A stretch of DNA of 64,000 nt from Oscillospiraceae bacterium (GTDB taxonomy: Bacteria > Bacillota > Clostridia > Oscillospirales > UBA929): the NCBI GenBank assembly GCA_031556035.1, contig JAVBTT010000021.1, forward strand, positions 1,196 through 65,195, read 5' to 3'. Under the pieces are notes generated by a model. The model did not search any database, was not told the origin of the DNA, and was given only the letters and a program-made list of their open reading frames with translations. Position 1 is the stretch's first letter, and every line of letters begins with the position of its first letter. Shown here in pieces: positions 53,334 to 61,410 of this stretch. A program made the translations under genes and the position numbers.

Positions 53334-54527
53334 ATGGACGATGCTCTGTCCGTTTCTCAGGTGAACGCGTATTTAAAAGCACTGATTGACGGAGACAATG
53401 TATTGCAGCAGCTTTTTATACGCGGAGAACTGTCAAACTACAAGCGCTATCCCTCAGGGCACCACTATTTCACCCTCAAGGACAGCGAAAGCGTGCTCAG
53501 GTGCGTATTTTTTAAAGGCGACGCGTCAAAACTGAGCTTTTCGCCGTCGGATGGTATGAAGGTTATTGCCGCAGGGCGTCTGTCGGTCTTCCCCAGGGAC
53601 GGCGCGGTGCAGCTATATTGCAGCAGGCTGCTGCCGGACGGCGTGGGCTCACTGTCAGCGGCGTTTGAACAGCTGAAGGAAAAGCTGTCGCAGGAGGGGC
53701 TGTTTGACGAAGCGCATAAGAAGACGCTTCCCCGCTTCCCGGAGAGGGTGGTCTTGATAACAAGCCCAGCCGGGGCCGCCGTGCGGGATATGATACGCAT
53801 CTTCAAAAGGCGCTGGCCGCTGTGCAGTCTTGTAGTGGCCCCGGTGAGGGTTCAGGGCGATGAGGCTCCCGGGGAAATTGTCTCCGCGCTGCGTTATGTC
53901 AACAAAATGAGGCTGGGCGATATCATCATCACCGGGCGCGGGGGAGGCTCCCTTGAGGATCTTTGGGCATTCAACGACGAACGGGTCGCGCGCGCGATAT
54001 TCGCGTCCGCGATACCGGTAGTCTCGGCTGTAGGGCATGAGCCCGACATCACAATATCTGATTTTGTCGCGGATGTCAGGGCGTCCACCCCGTCGCACGC
54101 GGCGGAGCTTGTGGCCCCGGATCAGGCGGAGTGGGCTGGAAGGCTGGAGCAGATGGGCTCGCGACTGCGCGGATCCGTCGGCATGAGACTTGAAAGGGCC
54201 GCTGAAAAGCTGTCGCAGTACAGCAAGGCGTTTGAAAACCCGATGCGCCTGCTTGAGACCCGCGCCCAGCTTGTCGATATACAATATGCGCGTGTGTGTG
54301 AAAGCTTTAACAGACTTTCCTCGACAAAGCGCGAGCGTTTTCTTCAGAGCGCGGCGAGGCTGGACTCCCTGAGTCCTCTTAAGGTGTTGTCTCGTGGTTA
54401 TTCGCTTGCGTTTGACGGAGAGGGCGGCGTAATCAAGGACGCCTCCGCCGCGCATCCTGATGATATTATAACGATACGCCCCGAGAAGGGAAGACTGTAC
54501 TGCCGGGTTGAGAGGGTTGAGGCTTGA
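53334..54527 (+). CDS. xseA: exodeoxyribonuclease VII large subunit
   Basis: LSVSQVNAYLKALI...GELSNYKRYPSGHHYFTLKD...ITGRGGGSLEDLWAFNDE...VSAVGHEPD. Confidence 0.92.
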   Translation: MDDALSVSQVNAYLKALIDGDNVLQQLFIRGELSNYKRYPSGHHYFTLKDSESVLRCVFFKGDASKLSFSPSDGMKVIAAGRLSVFPRDGAVQLYCSRLLPDGVGSLSAAFEQLKEKLSQEGLFDEAHKKTLPRFPERVVLITSPAGAAVRDMIRIFKRRWPLCSLVVAPVRVQGDEAPGEIVSALRYVNKMRLGDIIITGRGGGSLEDLWAFNDERVARAIFASAIPVVSAVGHEPDITISDFVADVRASTPSHAAELVAPDQAEWAGRLEQMGSRLRGSVGMRLERAAEKLSQYSKAFENPMRLLETRAQLVDIQYARVCESFNRLSSTKRERFLQSAARLDSLSPLKVLSRGYSLAFDGEGGVIKDASAAHPDDIITIRPEKGRLYCRVERVEA

Positions 54528-54772
54528 TGGAGTTAAGTTTTGAGCAGGCGCTTGCAAGACTTGAGGAAATTGTAGCGCAAATGGACAGGGGGGACATGCC
54601 CCTGGACAAGGCCATCGCGCTTTTCGAGGAGGGAACCGGACTTGTAAGGCGCTGCTCCGGCCTTCTCAAGGATGCGGAACAAACCGTTGTGAAGCTGGGC
54701 AGGAACAGCGAAGGCGCAGTCGGGGAACTGCCTTTCGGGGAGGGTGAAGATGGCGCATCAGAAAAGACTTGA
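54524..54772 (+). CDS. xseB: exodeoxyribonuclease VII small subunit
   Basis: SFEQALARLEEIVAQMDRGDMPLDKAIALFEEG. ATGA overlap with xseA. Confidence 0.85.
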   Translation: MMELSFEQALARLEEIVAQMDRGDMPLDKAIALFEEGTGLVRRCSGLLKDAEQTVVKLGRNSEGAVGELPFGEGEDGASEKT

Positions 54773-55637
54773 TGAGTATATTGCTAATATAGAGCAGGCT
54801 ATGGAGCGGTATCTGCCCAATGTTCCGGTAGCGCAGGCAAGGCTGCTGGATTCGATGTACTACAGCCTGTTCGCGGGCGGAAAGAGAATACGCCCCGTGT
54901 TGCTTCTGGAATTTTGCCGCATGTGCGGGGGCAATACTAATGACGCGATGCCGTTTGCTGCCGCGCTTGAGATGATACACACCTATTCGCTGATTCACGA
55001 CGACCTTCCCTGCATGGACGATGACGAGCTGCGGCGGGGACGACCGTGTAACCATATAATCTTCGGTGAGGCCACGGCAATGCTTGCCGGGGACGCGCTC
55101 CTGACCGCAGCGTTTGAGACCATGCTGGATTCGGACAATCTGCAGGGAGTTGATCCGGCTCGCGTTGTCAGGGCGGCCCATGTCATAGCCTGGTCATCCG
55201 GCGTGTATGGAATGGCCGGAGGGCAGGAGCTTGACATGGGAAATGAGGATTTGGAAAGCACACTCCAATCCGCCGCGTTTATACATCAGCTGAAAACCGG
55301 GGCGCTTTTCAGGGCGGCAGCCGAGGCAGGCTGCATAATCGGCGGCGAAGGACCGGCGTTGATAAATCACGCGTCCTCGTACGCCAACTTTATGGGGCTC
55401 GTATTCCAGATAACGGATGACATATTGAATGTCGAGGGCTCAAAGGAGAAGCTGGGCAAGGGGACGGGCACGGACGTCATAAACGACAAGCTGACGTTTG
55501 TAAAGGTCTTGGGCATAGAAAAGTGCAAGGAGCTGGTAAGCACCCTGACGGCGGACGCCATACAGTGCCTTGAGCCATTTGATGACAAGGGATTCCTTGT
55601 ATGGCTCACAAATAAACTGGCAAAAAGAGAATTTTAA
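54750..55637 (+). CDS. ispA: polyprenyl synthetase (farnesyl-diphosphate synthase)
   Basis: First and second Asp-rich motifs LIHDDLPCMDDDELRRG and FQITDDILN. ATG 54750 follows GGGGAGGG and overlaps xseB. Confidence 0.9.
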   Translation: MAHQKRLDEYIANIEQAMERYLPNVPVAQARLLDSMYYSLFAGGKRIRPVLLLEFCRMCGGNTNDAMPFAAALEMIHTYSLIHDDLPCMDDDELRRGRPCNHIIFGEATAMLAGDALLTAAFETMLDSDNLQGVDPARVVRAAHVIAWSSGVYGMAGGQELDMGNEDLESTLQSAAFIHQLKTGALFRAAAEAGCIIGGEGPALINHASSYANFMGLVFQITDDILNVEGSKEKLGKGTGTDVINDKLTFVKVLGIEKCKELVSTLTADAIQCLEPFDDKGFLVWLTNKLAKREF

Positions 55638-55638
55638 C

Positions 55639-56085
55639 ATGAGAAACGCAGTTGATTTCCTCACAGGCAACCATGTATTGAACGTCACCTTTTTTGCCTT
55701 TTTAACCGCCCAGGTTTTGAAGGTTATTATAGTGCTGATTACTAAAAGAAAGCTGGATTTCAGAAGGCTTGTTGGATCGGGAGGCATGCCGAGCTCACAC
55801 GCGTCGACCGTATCCTGCCTCGCGGCGGCAGTGGGAAAGAATATGGGCACCGACACAGTCATTTTTGCGGTATCAGTGGTGTTTGCAATAATTGTCATGT
55901 ATGACGCCTCAAACGTGCGCCGGGCTGCGGGAGAGCAGGCTAAAATACTGAACTATATGATGGAGCACTGGTCTGAAACAACGCCTGAGGTATTTGGCAA
56001 GGAGCTCAAGGAGCTTCTTGGGCATACTCCGGTGGAGGTGTTTTTTGGTTCTCTGCTCGGGATTGCGTTTGGGGTAGTCTTATGA
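55639..56085 (+). CDS. divergent PAP2 family membrane protein (DUF212 / acid phosphatase-haloperoxidase-related)
   Basis: NHVLNVTFFAFLTAQVLKVII...GGMPSSHASTVSCLA...VMYDASNVRR...LGHTPVEV. ATG lies 1 nt after the ispA stop. Confidence 0.7.
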   Translation: MRNAVDFLTGNHVLNVTFFAFLTAQVLKVIIVLITKRKLDFRRLVGSGGMPSSHASTVSCLAAAVGKNMGTDTVIFAVSVVFAIIVMYDASNVRRAAGEQAKILNYMMEHWSETTPEVFGKELKELLGHTPVEVFFGSLLGIAFGVVL

Positions 56086-56099
56086 GATAATAGATTGGA

Positions 56100-56745
56100 G
56101 TTTTGGAGGCGCGGTATCCTAGTCAGAGCTTCCGATCCCCAAGACGGGCCTAAAAATCCGTCAAAGGGCACATCGATGAAGTCCCTGGTGCTTGCTGCTT
56201 ACGCCCAGTTTGGGGTGGGTGCTGGGGGTTAAGGCTTGGGGGCGTGGCGCAATGGCATGTGCCTGCCGACCCCTTTGCCGTGGAGACCTGTTCTTGTGGG
56301 CGATAGTATCTGCGATTCGTCTACGACTCAGGGGGAACCTGCAATGCGGTGCCTTCGGGTGGCTGTGTGCAGAGTAGCCTGCCTTGCGTGGGTATGGCGG
56401 ATAAGGATTCATGCCGAAGGCTCATGGCCATGAGCCAATAGGCTATTGTCCTTTGAAACCATGTCTGCTAAAGAGGCCAAGGATCGGCTTGCCTGCGGCG
56501 GAAAACGCCTAGGCCGTCTTTCGGGGACGTCCGGGGGATTACAGTGCGGACTCAGTGGCAATTCGGTAACGCTGCGGTGGCTAGCGCCGCCGCCTGGCAA
56601 CAGTGCGGAGCATGGTTTAAAGGGAAACCGCCCGATCGGCGACGAGGGGTACCATGCGGGGAAAACCAACCGAACCTATGCCGTAAGATTTACTCCGGGC
56701 GCCGCCTCCAAACTAAAAAGAATAGCGAAGCCACCGCGTGTGAGC
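56100..56745 (+). ncRNA. OLE (ornate, large, extremophilic) class large non-coding RNA; boundaries approximate
   Basis: 722-nt gap without a credible ORF in a tightly packed operon. Dense local and long-range pairing (GGAGGCG 56105-11 / CGCCTCC 56703-09; GCGGTGGC 56574-81 / GCCACCGC 56730-37; perfect 18-nt hairpin 56419-36; several more). Sits in the diagnostic ispA-[OLE]-oapA-dxs context. Not verified with a covariance model. Confidence 0.65.
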
Positions 56746-56807
56746 AAATAAGCAAGGAGCGACCTTCAGGTAGCGACGCAGACATATTGATTTAGGAGTG
56801 AAAATAT

Positions 56808-57449
56808 TTGGTTAGCGAGGACCCTCCGGAACAAAAGCTGAAGCCGCATGGCAAGGATTATTTCCATCCGGACAGGAGAGTCAGGAAGAGTAAAAAGGCG
56901 AAAGCCTCAAAAATCAGATGGGTTCTTAAGACAATCGGGTGGACTTTTGTCATCTCAATCCTGTTCTCGTTTATTTCCAACACGGCCATAAGCGGTCTGA
57001 GCGTATTCCCGGCGATGCTCATTCTGCTGATGTTTATATTGTTTGGAATAATTTTCGATATCGTCGGTCTGGCGGTTGCGACAGCTGACGAGAAGCCGTT
57101 TCATTCCATGGCGACCCGAAGGGTGAAGGGAGCGCATCAGAGCCTGCGGCTTGTTCGCAGCGCCGAAAAGGTGTCAAGCTTTTGCAATGATGTGGTGGGG
57201 GATATTTCGGGTATCATATCCGGCGCCACCACATCAGTTATCGCGTCCAGCCTTATCGCGGACTATTCTCTGAATAATCTGCTCACGCAGCTTATATTTT
57301 CAGCGGTTGTCGCGTCGATGACGGTGGGCGGAAAAGCCATGGGGAAATCCTTCGCAATGAAAAACAACACACGCATCGTGCATCTTGTGGGAATTATTAT
57401 GTACCATGTAACCGGTGTGGCGCGCATTATACGAAAACCAAGGTCGTGA
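56808..57449 (+). CDS. oapA: OLE-associated membrane protein OapA-like (4 predicted TM helices)
   Basis: TTG start 6 nt after AGGAGTGA. Basic N-terminus, then four hydrophobic segments, with DxxxD (NDVVGDISG) in the third. Position between the structured RNA and dxs matches oapA. Identity not checked by alignment. Confidence 0.6.
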   Translation: MVSEDPPEQKLKPHGKDYFHPDRRVRKSKKAKASKIRWVLKTIGWTFVISILFSFISNTAISGLSVFPAMLILLMFILFGIIFDIVGLAVATADEKPFHSMATRRVKGAHQSLRLVRSAEKVSSFCNDVVGDISGIISGATTSVIASSLIADYSLNNLLTQLIFSAVVASMTVGGKAMGKSFAMKNNTRIVHLVGIIMYHVTGVARIIRKPRS

Positions 57450-57455
57450 TATATT

Positions 57456-59237
57456 ATGGGCTTTCTGTGCCAAAGGGATTTGAATATCAAAGAACTTCAG
57501 GACTCCGATATCCCTGCGCTCTGCGGGGAGATCAGGGAGTTTTTAATAGATAACCTCTCGCAAAACGGCGGGCATTTGGCCTCCAATCTGGGGACTGTCG
57601 AGCTGACGGTCGCTCTGCACAGGGTCTTTGATACCGCCTGGGACAGAATTGTTTTCGATGTGGGGCACCAGTGCTACACGCACAAGCTGCTGACAGGCAG
57701 AAAGGAAGGCTTTTCCACATTCCGTCACCTGGGGTCGATAGCCGGATTTCCCAAGCCGGACGAAAGCCCGCACGACGCGTTTGCAACGGGGCATGCCTCG
57801 ACTTCTGTGTCGGCTGCGCTTGGCATGGCCAGAGCCTTCGCGCTTAAGGGAGAGGACAGGCGGGCGGTCGCGGTTATAGGGGACGGTGCGCTGACCGGGG
57901 GACTCGCGTATGAGGGACTCAACGACGCGGGGCAGAGTGGGCTTCCTCTCATAGTTGTACTTAATGATAACGGCATGTCGATAGCGGGAAATGTGGGGGG
58001 CGTGTCTAAACACTTGGCGGCGCTGAGAGTCAAGCCGCAGTATTTCATGGCGAAATCCGCCGTGCACAGGGCCCTGAAGCCCATACCCGGCGGTAAAGTC
58101 ATTGAAACACTGATTGGCGTTGGAAAGCGAACGGTCAAGGAGATTCTGCTCCCGGAGACCATTTTTGAGAACATGGGGTTTACTTATCTTGGCCCTATGG
58201 ACGGACACGACGTGGAGGCGATGGTCCACGTTTTCCGCCAGGCGGTATCCCTTGATCGTCCGGTGCTGGTGCACCTTTCCACAATCAAGGGAAAGGGCTA
58301 CAGCTTTTCGGAGGCCAACCCCAGCAAATTCCACGGTGTGGCACGCTTTAACATTGGAAACGGAAAATCTGTAGAAGCCAAAAAGGATACATTTTCCTCC
58401 GTATTTGGAAAAACACTTACCGAGCTCGCGGATAATGACGGCAGGATTTGCGCCATTACCGCCGCTATGCGTTCGGCGACGGGGCTTGATCCGTTCTGTC
58501 GGCGCTTCAAAGCAAGGTTTTTTGACGTTGGCATCGCGGAGGGCCATGCAGTAACGATGGCCGCGGGCCTTGCAAAACAGGGGATGCGGCCGGTTGTCGC
58601 TATATACTCGACATTTCTACAAAGGGCATACGACCAGATAATTCATGATGTCGCCCTGCAAAGGCTGCCCGTCGTGTTCGCAATAGACAGGGCCGGACTT
58701 GTGGGTGAGGACGGCGAAACTCATCATGGAGTTTTTGACGCGGAGTTTATTTCCTCGATACCCAATATGCGCCTGTACTGCCCCGCGAGCTTTGCGGAGC
58801 TTAGCGCCATGCTTGCGGAGGCACTCGCTATGAACGCTCCGGCCGCGATACGCTATCCAAGGGGAGGCGAAGGGGAGTATGCCGGATGCGGCCTTGCCCC
58901 CGCCGCGCTCAGGGAGGGCGGAGACGCGACCATAGTCACGCACGGATTTATTGCGAATGAGGCGGTAAAGGCCTCTGATTTGCTCAAAAACAGCGGGATT
59001 GGCTGCTCTGTTATTAAGTTAGATAGGCTAAAACCATTTGATAAAGACAAGGTAAAGTCCCTGCTAAAGGGAAAAGTATTTCTCCTCGAAGAAAATATAG
59101 GGGTATTGCCGAAATTGCTCGACGGCATACCGCTGAACCTTGACGGAGAATTTGTATCTCACGGAACAAGGGAAGAATTGCTGCGTGTCTGCGGGATTGA
59201 CGGAGCGTCCATCGCGCACAGGATTGCCAATGCTTAA
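57456..59237 (+). CDS. dxs: 1-deoxy-D-xylulose-5-phosphate synthase
   Basis: GGHLASNLGTVELTVALHRVF...DVGHQCYTHKLLTGR, TPP motif GDGALTGGLAYEGLN...VVLNDN, transketolase-like C-terminal domains. Confidence 0.95.
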   Translation: MGFLCQRDLNIKELQDSDIPALCGEIREFLIDNLSQNGGHLASNLGTVELTVALHRVFDTAWDRIVFDVGHQCYTHKLLTGRKEGFSTFRHLGSIAGFPKPDESPHDAFATGHASTSVSAALGMARAFALKGEDRRAVAVIGDGALTGGLAYEGLNDAGQSGLPLIVVLNDNGMSIAGNVGGVSKHLAALRVKPQYFMAKSAVHRALKPIPGGKVIETLIGVGKRTVKEILLPETIFENMGFTYLGPMDGHDVEAMVHVFRQAVSLDRPVLVHLSTIKGKGYSFSEANPSKFHGVARFNIGNGKSVEAKKDTFSSVFGKTLTELADNDGRICAITAAMRSATGLDPFCRRFKARFFDVGIAEGHAVTMAAGLAKQGMRPVVAIYSTFLQRAYDQIIHDVALQRLPVVFAIDRAGLVGEDGETHHGVFDAEFISSIPNMRLYCPASFAELSAMLAEALAMNAPAAIRYPRGGEGEYAGCGLAPAALREGGDATIVTHGFIANEAVKASDLLKNSGIGCSVIKLDRLKPFDKDKVKSLLKGKVFLLEENIGVLPKLLDGIPLNLDGEFVSHGTREELLRVCGIDGASIAHRIANA

Positions 59238-60045
59238 AAAAAGACTTGATCTGTTGCTCTACGAGCGAGGTCTGTGCCCTTCGCGCGAACGGGCTAAAAC
59301 CACGATAATGAGCGGAATGGTTTATGTCGACGGGCAAAAATCCTGCAAGCCCGGCTTGGAGGTGCGCGAGGATTCATTGCTGGAGGTGCGTGAGGATCCG
59401 ATTGGCTTTGTGAGCAGGGGAGGGCTGAAGCTCAAAAAGGCTCTGGAGGAGTTCGGGGTTGATCCCGCGGGACGCAACGCCCTGGATTGCGGAGCCTCTA
59501 CCGGGGGCTTTACAGATTGTCTGCTTAAGCGCGGGGCGAGCCACGTATGGGCGATAGACGTTGGATACGGACAGCTCGCCTGGACTTTAAGAAATGACGA
59601 GCGCGTCACCTGCATTGAGCGCTTCAACGTGCGCAGCCTGACGAGAGAGCATATTGGGCAGCCCGTTGACCTGGCTGTTATAGACGTAAGCTTTATTTCG
59701 CTGAAGCTGGTTTTGCCTGTTGTGTTCAATGTGCTGGAGGAAGCATGTGAAGTAATATGCCTTGTCAAGCCTCAGTTTGAGGCGACGCGCGAATTGGTTG
59801 GGAAAAATGGCGTAATCAGGGATCCAGCTACCCACAGCGATATTCTTGCTGGGCTTGTCGGCTGTTTTGACGGAAACGGCATGACTGTAAAGCATATAAC
59901 CTATTCGCCAATAAAGGGACCGAAGGGCAATATAGAGTTTTTAATGCACTTGGCAAGACCCGGCTTTGGAGGATGCGTCACTTCTGCCCAGATTGAGAAT
60001 ATTATTAATAGCGCGCATTTTGACTTGAAAGGACAGGAACAATGA
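59230..60045 (+). CDS. tlyA: TlyA family rRNA (cytidine-2'-O)-methyltransferase
   Basis: S4 domain (KKRLDLLLYERGLCPSRERAKTTIMSGMVYVDG), SAM motif LDCGASTGGFTDCLL. ATG overlaps the dxs stop by 8 nt (ATGCTTAA). Confidence 0.9.
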   Translation: MLKKRLDLLLYERGLCPSRERAKTTIMSGMVYVDGQKSCKPGLEVREDSLLEVREDPIGFVSRGGLKLKKALEEFGVDPAGRNALDCGASTGGFTDCLLKRGASHVWAIDVGYGQLAWTLRNDERVTCIERFNVRSLTREHIGQPVDLAVIDVSFISLKLVLPVVFNVLEEACEVICLVKPQFEATRELVGKNGVIRDPATHSDILAGLVGCFDGNGMTVKHITYSPIKGPKGNIEFLMHLARPGFGGCVTSAQIENIINSAHFDLKGQEQ

Positions 60046-60899
60046 AGAATATCCTGTTGTTTCCCAACTCAGAGCGCGATATCGGATTTACAAACACATT
60101 AAAGATCGCAAAAATGCTGCGCGAGTTTGGCGCGGAGGTCTCGCTTCCGCTTGAGCTCGCTCCGGCAGAGTATGATTTTAAGGATATTAATGTGCTCCCG
60201 CTGAATCAGGCGCTTAGTACGCTTGACCTGGTTATTTCTTTGGGCGGGGATGGCACACTGCTGCGCTGCGCCCAGTTCGCGAGTGAGTACCGCATACCGA
60301 TACTGGGGATTAATCTTGGGAACATAGGAATGCTGGCCGAGCTTGAGCAGGACGAGTATGGGATGCTTGAGCACGTTTTCGCGGGAGAGTATGAACTCGA
60401 CCGCCGCATGATGATAAGATCCTCAGTGCAAACCGGCGAAAGCTCAATGTCGGTCTATGCCCTTAATGACGTCGTGATATTCCGGGGAACGCTGGGTCAG
60501 TCTATCAAGCTCAGGCTCCTGGTGGGCGGAAGCTATTTGTACGAATTTTTTGGAGACGGTATAATTATTTCAACTCCCACCGGTTCATCAGGCTACTCAA
60601 TGTCGGCGGGAGGTCCGCTGGTTGAGCCGAACGCAAATACAATACTTCTGACTCCGATATGCCCGTACGCCTCTTACGCGCATTCCTTTGTCCTGGACGC
60701 GGACAGGGAGATTGAGATAATCCCGATAGTATCCGCAGAGCGATACGCGTTTGTCACCGCTGACGGCGGACAGGCGGTCAGGCTTACGGAAAACTCTCGC
60801 GTTACCGTAAACAAGGCCGACCGCCATACTGATATTCTGAGATTGAAAAAACGCAATTTTTATGAGATAATCCGGGAAAAGCTAAACAAACCGAGGTGA
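60042..60899 (+). CDS. nadK: NAD(+) kinase
   Basis: GGDGTLL motif (SLGGDGTLLR), NLGNIGMLAE, TPTGSSGYSMSAGGP. ATGA overlap with tlyA. Confidence 0.92.
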   Translation: MKNILLFPNSERDIGFTNTLKIAKMLREFGAEVSLPLELAPAEYDFKDINVLPLNQALSTLDLVISLGGDGTLLRCAQFASEYRIPILGINLGNIGMLAELEQDEYGMLEHVFAGEYELDRRMMIRSSVQTGESSMSVYALNDVVIFRGTLGQSIKLRLLVGGSYLYEFFGDGIIISTPTGSSGYSMSAGGPLVEPNANTILLTPICPYASYAHSFVLDADREIEIIPIVSAERYAFVTADGGQAVRLTENSRVTVNKADRHTDILRLKKRNFYEIIREKLNKPR

Positions 60900-60904
60900 T
60901 AGCA

Positions 60905-61357
60905 ATGAAATTTCAGAGACAGTCGAAGATATTGGAAATCATTCAGGCGAGCGAGGTGGAGACACAGGAGGAATTGTCATCTCTGCTCCAGCGGGCCGGT
61001 TTCAGGACTACCCAGGCCACTATTTCCAGGGATATAAAAGAGCTCAGGCTTGTGAAGGCGCTTTCCGGAGACAACAAGTACAAATATACTGTTTCGTCCG
61101 GGAACGGGGAGATCACGCATTCCGGACGTTTGAGGACAATATTTCACGAAAGCGTCACCTCATGTGAAGCGGCGCAGAATATTCTGGTTCTCAAAACACT
61201 GCCGGGTCTTGCCTCGGCAGCATGCGCGGCGCTTGACGCGATGAATTTTCCATCTCTAGTGGGAACCATCGCCGGAGACGACACTGCATTTCTCGCGCTG
61301 AGAGATAGCGCCGCAGCGGAAGAGCTTTTGGCGATAATACACACAATGATGGACTAG
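60905..61357 (+). CDS. argR: arginine repressor
   Basis: RQSKILEIIQASEVETQEELSSLLQRAGFRTTQATISRDIKEL, C-terminal GTIAGDDT oligomerisation/arginine-binding motif. Confidence 0.9.
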   Translation: MKFQRQSKILEIIQASEVETQEELSSLLQRAGFRTTQATISRDIKELRLVKALSGDNKYKYTVSSGNGEITHSGRLRTIFHESVTSCEAAQNILVLKTLPGLASAACAALDAMNFPSLVGTIAGDDTAFLALRDSAAAEELLAIIHTMMD

Positions 61358-61410
61358 GTATAAAGAGTAACTGTTATTATTTATTCGAATATCTATTGGG
61401 ATGTGAAAGC

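Noticed and set aside
56161-56795. Six ORFs of 61-101 aa inside the ispA-dxs gap (56161-56412, 56192-56377, 56236-56433, 56409-56669, 56446-56751, 56544-56795)
   Set aside because: They overlap one another in different frames and strands, lack ribosome-binding sites and have implausible composition (runs of R, G, P, C, W). The region is better explained as structured RNA.
61386-61399. Possible LexA (Cheo) box CGAATATCTATTGG upstream of recN
   Set aside because: It has four mismatches to CGAACATATGTTCG, including both conserved C/G positions of the GAAC/GTTC arms. This is too weak to call.
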